Source: Candidatus Poribacteria bacterium (lineage in GTDB: Bacteria; Poribacteria; WGA-4E; JAJDTR01). From it: 64,000 nucleotides of DNA. Within the stretch, counting starts at the first letter, position 1. The number at the start of each line of letters is the position of its first letter. Below the pieces are notes generated by a model. That model did no database searches, had not been told where the DNA came from, and worked only from the letters and a program-made list of their open reading frames with translations. Of the stretch, positions 1 to 9,422 are shown one piece after another. Position numbers and translations under genes: made by a program. The stretch is from contig CBDCTK010000002.1 in assembly GCA_965222225.1 (NCBI GenBank), positions 1,824,001-1,888,000 of the forward strand, read 5' to 3'.

Positions 1-1598
1 GATGGAACGCGCATTGCTACGTTTGGATATGACGCAAAGTTCGTTTACGTTTGGGATGTGGAGACGCGACACCCGTTATGGCAAAAACGAGGCGGTTTTG
101 GAACGGTTTCAGGATTGGCACTTAGTTCGGGCAGTCAACGATTGTACGTTGCGAATAAGACAGGTGTTCTACGGGCACAAGGTCCCCTGCCCGGGCCAGG
201 TGAACCCTACTAGGAAGGATGGGACGATAGGGTGCGCGTTCGGGATGTCAAATCGGACCAACTGCTCAATACGTTCGGCGCCGAATTTTATAAACTGAAT
301 GCGATAAACCTGTCTCCGGACGAGAAAACCGCAATCCTGCACTATGAGGATGCTGCCGTACTGTGGGATATCGAAGCGAAGCAACCGCTGAAGGTGTGGG
401 CTGATTTTCCGAGCGGGATTGTTGACCTGAGCCCCGACGGTCAAACTGTGGTCTCCGTATCTTCATACTTTATTAAAACCTGGGATGTCGCTTCACTGGA
501 AATGCGGCTACTCGTTTCTGCCGAAGGCGGAATATTTCGAAAATTCGCAATCTCTCTCGATGGACAAAAACTTACTGTCGGCAGAAATCCCTGGATTGAG
601 GTCCGCAATCTTCACACCGGCAAAATTGAAACTCAATTTCCATATCACCACGGGCATTCTGAGATTGCCTTCAGTTCATCCGGAAAGTGGGTCGCAGCAG
701 AGGGAGACTGCGGCAGTATCCGCATCTTCGAAACTGAAAATCCAGAAACAATTCGGACGGCTGTACCAGATAGTGATGGCGGTTCGACGTGGATGCGTGA
801 GATAATGTTCAGTGAAAACGACCAATATTTGGCGGCTGTCGACGACGACGGGCGGGGTCTGTTGTGGAAACGCGAGGGTGACACCTTCGTCTTTCAATAC
901 GCATGGCAAGTGCCAGAACCCTTTAGAAGTTACGAAGCGATTTTCGCCTTTCGTAAGGATGGTTCAGTCGTGCTAGCGGCCCCTGGACGGGAACACCTCC
1001 AAATCTGAAAACTCACGCCAAACGGTTCGCAGCTAGTAGCAACGCTGGATGCCGAGTCTCCGGCGCACTTTAGACCGGACGGTCGCTATCTCTTTGCCAA
1101 TCAAAATAACCGTTTCCAAATCTGGGACGGGCATACATACACGCCAATTGAGCACCCACTTATTCCAGAATACTTTGCCATCAGTCAAACGGGACCGTTC
1201 TCCTCTCCTACAACAGTAGTGCGGCGCAAATCCAGATTTGGGATGGAAGAGCGCTTCTCCCCGTTGAATCACGCGGTAATCAGATCGTCACATGGGGTCA
1301 GGGGAAGCAGAACCTACTTCTACAAAACTATCCCAACCCCTTCACGCCTGAATCGTGGACTCCGTTCCAGCTTGCGAACGAAAGCACCGTTACGATTCGT
1401 ATCTATGCCTCAACAGGTCAGGTGGTTCGTGTTCTACCGTTGGGGACAATGCCTGCAGGCGACTATTCCTCTCAATCGCAAGCGGCCTATTGGAATGGAA
1501 AAAATGAGATGCGGGAGACAGCGGGGAGCGGTATCTACCTCTACTCGATATACGCGGGCAACTTTTCGGCAACGCGCAAAATGCTTATCCGGAAATGA
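1..1598 (+). pseudogene. WD40-repeat protein with C-terminal T9SS-type/FlgD-Ig sorting domain; 5' end outside window; disrupted by a nonsense codon and a frameshift
   Basis: Frame 1 is open from base 1 (DGTRIATFGYDAKFVYVWDVET..., many WD repeats). In-frame TGA at 1006-1008 sits where W is expected (LQI*KL). A 1-nt deletion near 1186-1190 shifts to frame 3: GTVLLSYNSSAAQIQIWDG...PVESRGNQIVTWGQGKQNLLLQNYPNPFTPESW...GSGIYLYSIYAGNFSATRKMLIRK, stop 1596-1598. Confidence 0.85.
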
Positions 1599-1778
1599 AC
1601 TGTTGCAGATGAAAGAGATACTTGGTACAATGCATGAGATTCTACTTGGTATATGTGGGCTTGATGGCGCGAGTTCTGTTGATGAAACGAAAATTAGTTT
1701 AATCGGCGTTGCTGTTAGTAGGTTGTCTGTTCAACGATTGTAGAAACCCATTTGGCATCGGTCAATTCGGAGACATGC

Positions 1779-2918
1779 ATGAACAAGTACCGTATTGCGA
1801 TTATTGGCTTAGGCGGCATGGGAAGGAGTCATGCCGAGGCGGTGGAGTTGGAGGCGAACTGCGAACTTGTTTCCGGGGCGGATATTGATCCGGGGCGCGC
1901 AGCATCTTGGGGGGAGCGTTTTGGCGTTAAAGCCATTTACGACGACTACGAAAGGATGCTTGATGAACAACGACAGGACATCGTCATCATCCCAACTCAG
2001 GCTCCGATACACCACGCCCCCACGGTTGCTGCGGCAAAGCGCGGCATCCACGTCTTCTGTGAAAAGCCGGCTGCCCTTAACCTCCTTGAAGCTGACGAGA
2101 TGGTAGAAACTTGTGACAAGCACAATGTCAAGTTTGCCATCAATCACATTAAACGCGCTAGCCCCTACAATCGGCACGTCCTATCGCTGATTGAAAACGG
2201 CGAAATCGGAGAAGTGGTTCTACTACAGGCAACGGACAAGGGTGGACGCAAGGCGGGCAACTCGCTGATGGAGATGGGCACGCATCTTTACGATTGGGTG
2301 CGGCTTTTCGGCGGCGATGTGGAGTGGACGCACGCGCACCTCGTTCAGATGGATGGTCGCGAATCAACTGTGGATGACATCAAGCATACTCAAGAGGTCC
2401 ACCCGCATGACCGTGATGCCGGAATTGTGCTTGGCGAGCGAGGCCACGCCTCGTTTCGCTTTAAGAATGGCATCCACGCAGATGCGCAATTTATCGGCCA
2501 ATCCCAGACAAACGATGACGGCTACGGTATTGACATCATCGGTACTGAAGGTCGAATCGCTGTTCGAGAAAGTGTTGGCACAACCATGTTTATCCATAGA
2601 GGGCAACACAAGACGCCGGCGGAGGCATGGGAACCGGTGCATCTTCCTGCCGAGGACCTTGACGAGGTAGGAAATCCCCGAGATCAAGGCACCATACGGT
2701 TATTATTGCAACGCCTTATGCTTCGCGATCTGATTGAAGCCATTGAGGAAGACCGCGACCCGTTCGCAAGCGGCAGGGATGGTCGCGATTGCCTCGAAAT
2801 GATTCACGCAACTTGGGAATCACATCGGCGGAAAACTCGGGTGTATATGCCACTAACCCCACGTGAACATCCACTTGAGCGATGGAGGCGCGAGGAACAC
2901 GACGCCTCTTTCAATTGA
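1779..2918 (+). CDS. Gfo/Idh/MocA family oxidoreductase
   Basis: IAIIGLGGMG Rossmann motif, HVFCEKP and EMGTHLYD motifs; ATG at 1779. Confidence 0.92.
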   Translation: MNKYRIAIIGLGGMGRSHAEAVELEANCELVSGADIDPGRAASWGERFGVKAIYDDYERMLDEQRQDIVIIPTQAPIHHAPTVAAAKRGIHVFCEKPAALNLLEADEMVETCDKHNVKFAINHIKRASPYNRHVLSLIENGEIGEVVLLQATDKGGRKAGNSLMEMGTHLYDWVRLFGGDVEWTHAHLVQMDGRESTVDDIKHTQEVHPHDRDAGIVLGERGHASFRFKNGIHADAQFIGQSQTNDDGYGIDIIGTEGRIAVRESVGTTMFIHRGQHKTPAEAWEPVHLPAEDLDEVGNPRDQGTIRLLLQRLMLRDLIEAIEEDRDPFASGRDGRDCLEMIHATWESHRRKTRVYMPLTPREHPLERWRREEHDASFN

Positions 2919-3157
2919 AACGCAATTCCAGTCGGTATCCCTGAATTGCCACCTTGATAAACTCGACTTTGTACATTTAAGCGGCATAACAGATGACGTC
3001 AATCAAGCGTTGAAGAAAAGCGGGGGAGGTTGTGGTTGTCTGGTCTTCTTGGTCGACCGTTGAAAAAGTCGCCTCGGATTCGGCAGACCAGAACTAGTGT
3101 CTCACCCACCCCAGTGCGCCGGAGTCGCCAGTGGTTTCTGATACTATGCGACCTGTA

Positions 3158-3263
3158 AAGATCTCTATGGGAACTCTATCGCAGTCACTATGGGATCTAC
3201 TATCGCCTCGGAATCTCTATCGCACTCGCTAATCGCTCGCTTGATCTATCCGCTCAGTTGATC
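3158..3263 (+). repeat. Nested cluster of the 38-nt micro-element (3 left fragments, 1 complete unit at 3210-3246, 1 right fragment)
   Basis: AAGATCTCTAT|GGGAACTCTATCGCAGTCACTAT|GGGATCTACTATCGCCTC|GGAATCTCTATCGCACTCGCTAATCGCTCGCTTGATC|TATCCGCTCAGTTGATC, lying inside a GCGACC...CGCTCCCTACA REP-like sequence. Confidence 0.85.
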
Positions 3264-3627
3264 GCTCCCTACAAGAAATGGTGCATGGATCCCATCTTGA
3301 TTTGATGAACGAAGATCCTTACACCTTTAGAATCAGGTGCGATGGGCCTGCCGCATATTCTCCTCTGTATTGTACTTTTGTACAAAGCCGAGATAAGAAA
3401 AGATGCAGAAACTGAGTTTTTTATGATGAATCCACACGAGTTGGCGAAAACGGGACCGATTTGCTCATGGTCCATCAAACGGACACCAAAAACTCGGTTT
3501 CTCTGGAATAAGGAGCAACTTGCGTTAAAATATTGAACGTACAGTAGATTCTTCACCGCGCACCCACTGTCGGATTAAAGAATATCTAACCAATCAACTA
3601 CGACATCAGGCCCAATTGGAGCGATTT

Positions 3628-4308
3628 ATGGAACGTTTAGACATTCTTCACCCGTTGATTGACGAATACCTACTCGATGTTATTCCCGCACGCGATGAGG
3701 TGCTAACGGAGATGGAAGCACACGCACGGGAACACCGTTTTCCAATTGTTGGTCCGCTCGTTGGTCGCGTGTTGCATCAATTGGTGTTGCTGACTAACCC
3801 GACGCGAATTTTCGAGATGGGATCAGGTTTTGGTTATTCGGCGTATTGGATGGCGAAGGCATTGCGACAACCGGGAGCAGGCATCATCTGTACCGACGGC
3901 TCGCAGGAAAACGCTGACCGTGCGGCGAATTATCTTGCGCGCGGTGGTATCACGAATCGCATTGATTATCATGTCGGAAACGCGCTCGAAATCATCGACA
4001 AAACTGAAGGTGGCTTTGACATCATCTACAACGACATCGACAAAGATGGGTACCCCGAAGCGTTTCGCAAAGCGATTCCACGGCTCAGGAGTGGCGGGCT
4101 GTTTATTACGGACAACATGCTGTGGATGGGGCGTGTCGTTACGCACGATACCGAGGTTCGCTCGCCAGGGTGTGATGAACAGGATCAATGGCTGCACAAA
4201 ACCACGGTCGGAATCAAGGAATTGACGCGGCTGCTTTACAGTTCACCTGATGTGTTCACGACGATTATTCCGCTTCGCGATGGGGTTTCGGTCGCAGTGA
4301 AACGCTAA
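3628..4308 (+). CDS. O-methyltransferase (Methyltransf_3 / CCoAOMT-like)
   Basis: IFEMGSGFGYS, FDIIYNDIDKDGY, LRSGGLFITDN and PLRDGV motifs. Confidence 0.92.
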   Translation: MERLDILHPLIDEYLLDVIPARDEVLTEMEAHAREHRFPIVGPLVGRVLHQLVLLTNPTRIFEMGSGFGYSAYWMAKALRQPGAGIICTDGSQENADRAANYLARGGITNRIDYHVGNALEIIDKTEGGFDIIYNDIDKDGYPEAFRKAIPRLRSGGLFITDNMLWMGRVVTHDTEVRSPGCDEQDQWLHKTTVGIKELTRLLYSSPDVFTTIIPLRDGVSVAVKR

Positions 4309-4420
4309 CGCACCAGTCGTGTTTAGTAGCTCTGAGATTTTGGGAAATGCAGAAACCATTGGAGAACAATTGATAAAGTCACTTATCGGTAAACATTCAA
4401 ACAAGCGAGGTAACGTGGCT

Positions 4421-4493
4421 ATGGAAGAAAAATACGAATACAAAGTCATTTCAGCGAAGTCTGGTAAGAGTCAAGAGTGGGCAACTCTGAATG
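4421..4493 (+). pseudogene. 5' stub of a small gene (MEEKYEYKV..., DUF4177-like) truncated by the ISAs1 element
   Basis: GAGG RBS, ATG at 4421, YEYKV motif; the reading frame runs into the IS inverted repeat at 4494. Confidence 0.4.
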
Positions 4494-4602
4494 CAGGGGA
4501 AACGCATCTGATTTTTCAGAATAGAGTTGCCAGAGTAGTGGTCAAGTAATTGTTATCCCATGCGGCTTTGAGCCGTTTGTTGGCGACACCAAGTTTAGTT
4601 GA

Positions 4603-5763
4603 CTATTCAGACTTGAGTAGATTGAGAGCAATGCGTCGAACAATGGCAAAGTTCTCACCGCTGTTATCTTTACGAATTCGAGACGCATCCTCGCGGAAAG
4701 CAACATCCAATACCCAATGACATGAGTTTTCAATCCGCCAGTGATGCCTGGTGGCTTCAAGCAACTTTGCCGCATCCCCGGGAAGCGAAGAAATGTAGTA
4801 GCGTGTCTCGCTGGCTACCTTTTGGTCGGCTTCTCGCTGAGCGGTGGCTTTGACGACTAAGTTGAGATTGGTGAGATTCTCAGGAATCTCTATCGCACTC
4901 GCTATGGGAACTCTATCAGGATCTTCTATCGGCTTCGCTATTTGCTCCGTTGAACCTCTGAGGGCGGAAATCACGCCGGAGTCTGCAATCGCATAAAGGA
5001 GTCTCTATCGCAGGATTTGCTATCGCGCGCGCTATTCGCTTGCTTGATCCCCTTGTTCAGTCGCTTGATCGGTGCGGGTTTCAATACGTCCATGATTGCC
5101 GTCAATTGTTTGGTTCAAGTCGACTTCAACATCTCTTAACTCGCTAGTTGAGACGCCATCAAACAGAAGTTGAACATCTTCATACAGCTGTCCTCGATTG
5201 GCTTTAAGCGCGAAAACGTAATCGGCATCTGAATCCACAACGGTTTGAGCGATGTCGGTTTGACAACCCATCGCATCAATAGTAACAATGCACCCTGACA
5301 CTTCTAAAACCTCTAACAACTCGGGAGTTGCTGGAATCTCATTGGATTTGTCGGCAACTTTAATTTGCCCAAATGCCACGCCCATGCACTAACTAGGTGA
5401 ATGGCAGCTCTGTTGTTATGAGTATCATAGGAAGGACGCAGTTGCTTTCCATCAACCGCAATCACTTGGCCTTGGGTGACTTTAATGGCGCTACGAATCC
5501 AGTTGATGAAACACTCCTCGAATTTCGTAGAATCTATCGCACCAAACACACGCCTGAATGTATCATGCGATGGGATGCCTTTTGGTAATTCCAAGAACTC
5601 AGCTAGCTACTTATACTTGGCACCTCCGAATGCTTCAACTGCCACCCAACTATCAGCGCCGCAAATAACGGCGCAGATAGCAATGACAACTCTATCAAGC
5701 AATTTATGGGGTGTGCGACAATCAACTCGTCTGGGGTCTGGCAATGAGCCAAAATGGGATTGT
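4603..5763 (-). pseudogene. ISAs1 (H-repeat) transposase, fragmented
   Basis: Motifs LPDPR, GIPSHDTF, IAVDGK, KSNEIPA, IVTIDAMGCQ, HGRIETR, HWRIEN.HWVLDVAFRED split over several frames, with a stop, a frameshift and two micro-element insertions. Confidence 0.93.
4883..5070 (+). repeat. Two nested clusters of the 38-nt micro-element (4883-4956 and 4978-5070) inside the ISAs1 transposase
   Basis: Repeated GGAATCTCTATCGCA and TCGCTTGATC(C) fragments. The 21 nt between the clusters read as transposase remnant (GVISALR) on the minus strand. Confidence 0.85.
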
Positions 5764-6126
5764 TAATCTCTAATCAACGATTAGCTTTACTCTGATATTG
5801 AGGAAATCGGGGGATTAGACATGTGTTCTGCTCCTTAGAAGATTTCATACAAGCATATCCCAAGTACCTCCCATGTCAAGCCCAAAATTTAGATGCGTTT
5901 CCCCTGGGAAGACTGGAAGGGTGGAAGTTTGGAAGAATGGGAAAGTGGGACACAGATAAATACGGATTCAAACACAGGAGTAGTAAAGAAGGAAGATTGG
6001 AAGGATAGTAGCAAAACGGTGGCTAATGGTCAATAGTTAGAAAAAAAGGCGCCATGCAAAGCTACACGAGTGTCTCCGACAGGGCGCCCTTCTGAATCCT
6101 CGGCTAAATGCTATTGTTTTCTTGGT

Positions 6127-6366
6127 TCAGACAGTTGCCTTCGGTGCCGCCTCCAACTCCGCAATGGCGCGGTTGACCTCGGCTTTAAGATCTAACGGCT
6201 GATTAGTGCTCAATTGTACCTTCAGATTCGACAGGGCAGCTTTCGCAGCTTCTAGGCGAGAAAGAGCGCTTTCACGTTGGTATCCTTTGAGCGCGTTAAT
6301 GACAATCCGCCGCCGATCCGAAGAACTGCTTGAAACTGCCTCTTGATATTTACGGAAGTGACACAT
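6127..6366 (-). CDS. Small hypothetical helical protein (79 aa)
   Basis: Strong GAGGAGG RBS upstream of the ATG; Ala/Leu-rich amphipathic sequence. Confidence 0.55.
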   Translation of the reverse strand: MCHFRKYQEAVSSSSSDRRRIVINALKGYQRESALSRLEAAKAALSNLKVQLSTNQPLDLKAEVNRAIAELEAAPKATV

Positions 6367-6641
6367 CGTTTATTTTCCTCCTCAATGTCCTGAATTTGTT
6401 GAGGAAATGGCGCATGAATTATGCCATTCTTTCTTACCGTATCTCAATCAGCCCCATTATCTTTCGTAGCGCCCTTAGAATGAAGAAAAAATTCAATTGA
6501 CCTCTCGTAGGCCCAGTATCAGTAATATTGAAGGTCCGTAAGTGTTTAGTCTATTGATTTCTAGCGCGAATGTAGGGAACCGTTTATGATCTTAGGGGGC
6601 TATGGCTCAAAAATGTTCGCATTATTATTGTAAAGGCAATC

Positions 6642-6992
6642 CTAGGTTCTGTTGACATTTATGTTAGGCGTGTGCGTAATTCGAGGGAGGCACCCAGCGG
6701 GTTGGGAGACCAAACCCTTACGGATTCCGGTGCATGTCTAACCGGGCCTAGGTCCCTTCGCCCATCCCTCCAACGGGTTAAGTTGTGTGCACAAGTCAAA
6801 AGAACGTGCAAAGCACAACGCGAACCCGTAGGGGCGGGGATCAAATGAGCGAATAGCGAATGCGATAGGGATCTTATTGCCCCGCCCTGACTTAACACTA
6901 ACTCGGTTGCTTTGCCCGATTTAATTATATGAGCGAACGTATTTATGCCTCCCTCGATCATCTGGTGACGATGAAATGTCAACAGAACCTAG
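6642..6992. mobile_element. MITE-like non-autonomous element containing REP-like hairpins
   Basis: Perfect 19-bp inverted repeats, CTAGGTTCTGTTGACATTT (6642-6660) and AAATGTCAACAGAACCTAG (6974-6992). No transposase inside. Confidence 0.75.
6838..6875 (-). repeat. Single 38-nt micro-element in the loop of a REP hairpin
   Basis: Reverse complement AAGATCCCTATCGCATTCGCTATTCGCTCATTTGATCC, between the arms GTAGGGGCGG and CCCCGCCC. Confidence 0.85.
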
Positions 6993-7252
6993 TGCTATTA
7001 GGCTCTGTCTTCAGGTTCGTAGTAGTGCAATCCTCCCCGACAAGGTTTACTATTACCCACATCGGGACAAGGGTGGATCAGGCTGATTCGGCGATAACGT
7101 AAACCTATAGTACTTAGCACCGATTTACCATTTATCGTAGATATGCGCATGCAAGATTCCATCTGGGAGAAGAGGGAAAATCGGCGATATGATGGTCGAG
7201 AATTCTACTCTGAGGCATACGTGCGTGGGAATCGGCGTTCTTACACACCTTG

Positions 7253-7331
7253 AAGATCTCTGTGGGAAGTTCTATCGAGATCGCCTTCGCTATGTGCTCA
7301 GTTGATCCCTCGCTATTAACTCGGTTGATCC
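7253..7331 (+). repeat. Nested cluster of the 38-nt micro-element
   Basis: AAGATCTCTGT|GGGAAGTTCTATCG|AGATCGCCTTCGCTATGTGCTCAGTTGATCC|CTCGCTATTAACTCGGTTGATCC. It interrupts CTTACAC(A)CCTT...TAGAATC(A/T)GGTGCGAT, which is intact at about 3318-3350. Confidence 0.8.
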
Positions 7332-7366
7332 TCTAGAATCTGGTGCGATTGCCCTGTGAAACGTGC

Positions 7367-8011
7367 TTATGCAATGCTACGAGTCTCTGATTTTTCGCGC
7401 GACTCACATCGCAAATAAGGACACAATTGGTGCTGCAGTTTCTTCCGTGCAAAGAACAGATGCGCTTTAATTGTGCCGACTTGCCGATTCAGCTTCCGCG
7501 CAATTGTTTTCAGCGCAAGTCCCTCGCGATAGTGCAGAACAAAGATCTCGTACTGCATCGGCGATAGTTGCTCTATCGCTTGATGTATTTGCTTCAACAG
7601 TTCTTCGTTTAGGACCATCTTTGACGGTGGTTCTGAGTTGGCATCGGTGAGGTTTGTTGTGATCGAGTCGTCAAACTCCCACATCTCAACGACAATCGGG
7701 CGCATCGTATTTCGGCGCTTGAAATCAATGCAAAGATTAACCGCGATCCGATAGAGCCATGTATAAAACTGAGATGCCTTCCTGAAATTGAACAGCCCTT
7801 GATAGGCCTTCAGAAACACATCTTGGGTGAGATCGAGTGCGTCTTCGTGGTTGTGGACGTTGCGATATACCAATCCATAAATGGATTTCTGGTAGCGAAT
7901 CATCAATTCGTTGAAGACTGACGTCTCCCCGCGTTGAAATCGCTTGACGAGTTGGGTATCATCCGTGGTTGCTTGAGCATATAATGGAAACACCTTTTTA
8001 TCTGAAAGCAT
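7367..8011 (-). CDS. ECF RNA polymerase sigma-70 factor
   Basis: Region 2 DALDLTQDVFLKAY...FYTWLYRIAVN; region 4 HTH IARKLNRQVGTIKAHLFFARKKL. Start at 8011 or 8032. Confidence 0.93.
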   Translation of the reverse strand: MLSDKKVFPLYAQATTDDTQLVKRFQRGETSVFNELMIRYQKSIYGLVYRNVHNHEDALDLTQDVFLKAYQGLFNFRKASQFYTWLYRIAVNLCIDFKRRNTMRPIVVEMWEFDDSITTNLTDANSEPPSKMVLNEELLKQIHQAIEQLSPMQYEIFVLHYREGLALKTIARKLNRQVGTIKAHLFFARKKLQHQLCPYLRCESREKSETRSIA

Positions 8012-8172
8012 TTCGGTTTTCCTTTCGATCATGCCGATAGCGTTAGATAATCTTCCGGTTTTCGTGTTTGACGGTACTATACCCTGAAAGTGGCTGTTGG
8101 TTGGCTCTGCTGTCCTAATTGCTTACCTATAATTGAGCTCAGCAAAGTATTATGTGCGAGTGTCAGGTGCGC

Positions 8173-8984
8173 TTACTTGTCCCTGTCTTCCACTTCCTCT
8201 TTGTCCTTCGCTTCTTCTTTGTCGGTTTCTTTCGCATTGTCCTCCCACTTTGCTTCGCCTTGCTCCTGTCTCTGGTTTCCTTGCGTTTTGCGATATTGCT
8301 TCCGCATCCGTTTGCGTTCTTCAGGAGAAGCGTCTTGAAACGGGTTCTTTATTCCCTTAAATTCCGTTGCTTGCCATCACGATTTTCTGTATTCTGATTC
8401 GATCGATTTTCACGGTTCAAAGAGCGATCCCCGCGGTCTTCCCCACCTGCCCCGCTGAGAAATGGGTTCGCCTCGGCGCGAATTGTCATTATATCCCCTG
8501 CCCTATTGAGTGTAACTTGGTTTGATTCAATGTCTTTGACGATCGCGTCTCCTATTTTTTCGCCCACACCTACATAGTAGAATTGTCTCGATCTCCGGTC
8601 CATCATGTACGCCCTTGCCTTGTTCCCTTCTGATTCGATCAGCGTTGCCATGAGTGTATACTGTAGCTCACGATCCGGTCTCTGCCAGCCAATTGGCCGG
8701 AAGAGGTTATTCTCAACAACCACACGGTAGAAATCTTCATCACCCTTCAGTTCCTTACGCTGATAGGCAGCAAGATTCTTGCTGCGTGCAGAGCCATCCT
8801 TACCTGTATTTTGCTTCTCACGATTTGCTCGTTTCGGGTCAGGCTCCTGATAGGCAAACCTCTCTCTGGAATTGTTTGTAATGTCGCCCTGAGCATTAAG
8901 GTTCTTGTATTGGCTGATTAACAACGTCAGCATCGCAACACCGCAGATCCCGATAACCGCGATGATTCTGAATCGAGTTTCCAT
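8173..8984 (-). pseudogene. Membrane-anchored GspC/PilP-like HR-domain protein with charged tail, frameshifted near 8350-8380
   Basis: N-terminal TM segment; NNLFRP...YTLMATL...VGVGEKIGDAIVKDIESNQVTL resembles the T2SS protein C HR domain. After the frameshift the sequence continues NPFQDASPEERKRMRKQY...DK, stop 8173-8175. Confidence 0.65.
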
Positions 8985-9422
8985 TTCATTTCTCCGCAAT
9001 GGTTGGTTTGGCACTAGCGGAAGGTCATGTGACTTCACACGAAATCCCCAAGCAATACACGCGGCGCATTGGCGGCAGTGTTATCGCAAAGTTTCTACCG
9101 CAAGGGTTACCGCTCAGTGTTAGTGGGATACCGCCTAAGCGCTGCCAAATAGAAGGCGTGCACAATGTCAATTGGCGATTCTCAGCCGCAAGCAGCGAAT
9201 CGATCCAAGTTGCGGATACACCGATAGGTTCATTGAATAGGAACCGCGGAACAATACGGTTTCTGGCCCATGCGCCAATCAGTGCTGGTCCGCTCTCAGG
9301 CGCCCCTTGGTGACCGCAACGCCCCAAGATGTCGAGCACGTTGCGCTGCTCGGTTCGGCCCCGTGGATGTCCGCCAGCACCTCCGGTTCAAACTCCCGTA
9401 CTAGGGCGTGCGAGTATTGCTG

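Larger units (their letters stand above)
4494..5906 (-). mobile_element. ISAs1-family insertion sequence (inactive)
   Basis: Perfect 16-bp terminal inverted repeats, CAGGGGAAACGCATCT (4494-4509) and AGATGCGTTTCCCCTG (5891-5906). No target duplication visible. Confidence 0.9.

Noticed and set aside
1006-1008. TGA recoding (Trp, Gly or Sec) suggested by in-frame TGAs here and at 17926
   Set aside because: The two sites imply different amino acids, many intact genes end in TGA, and the WD40 gene also has a frameshift.
1219-1743. 174-aa ORF
   Set aside because: Off-frame shadow of the WD40 gene's C-terminal domain.
3158-3263. The 38-nt repeat clusters as a CRISPR array
   Set aside because: No unique spacers, units are nested and divergent, and there are no cas genes or leader in the window.
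5907-6006. GGAAG(A/G)(C/T)T-type short repeats (also about 23650 and 44305-44340) as coding or a novel array
   Set aside because: Low-complexity intergenic simple repeats with no further structure.
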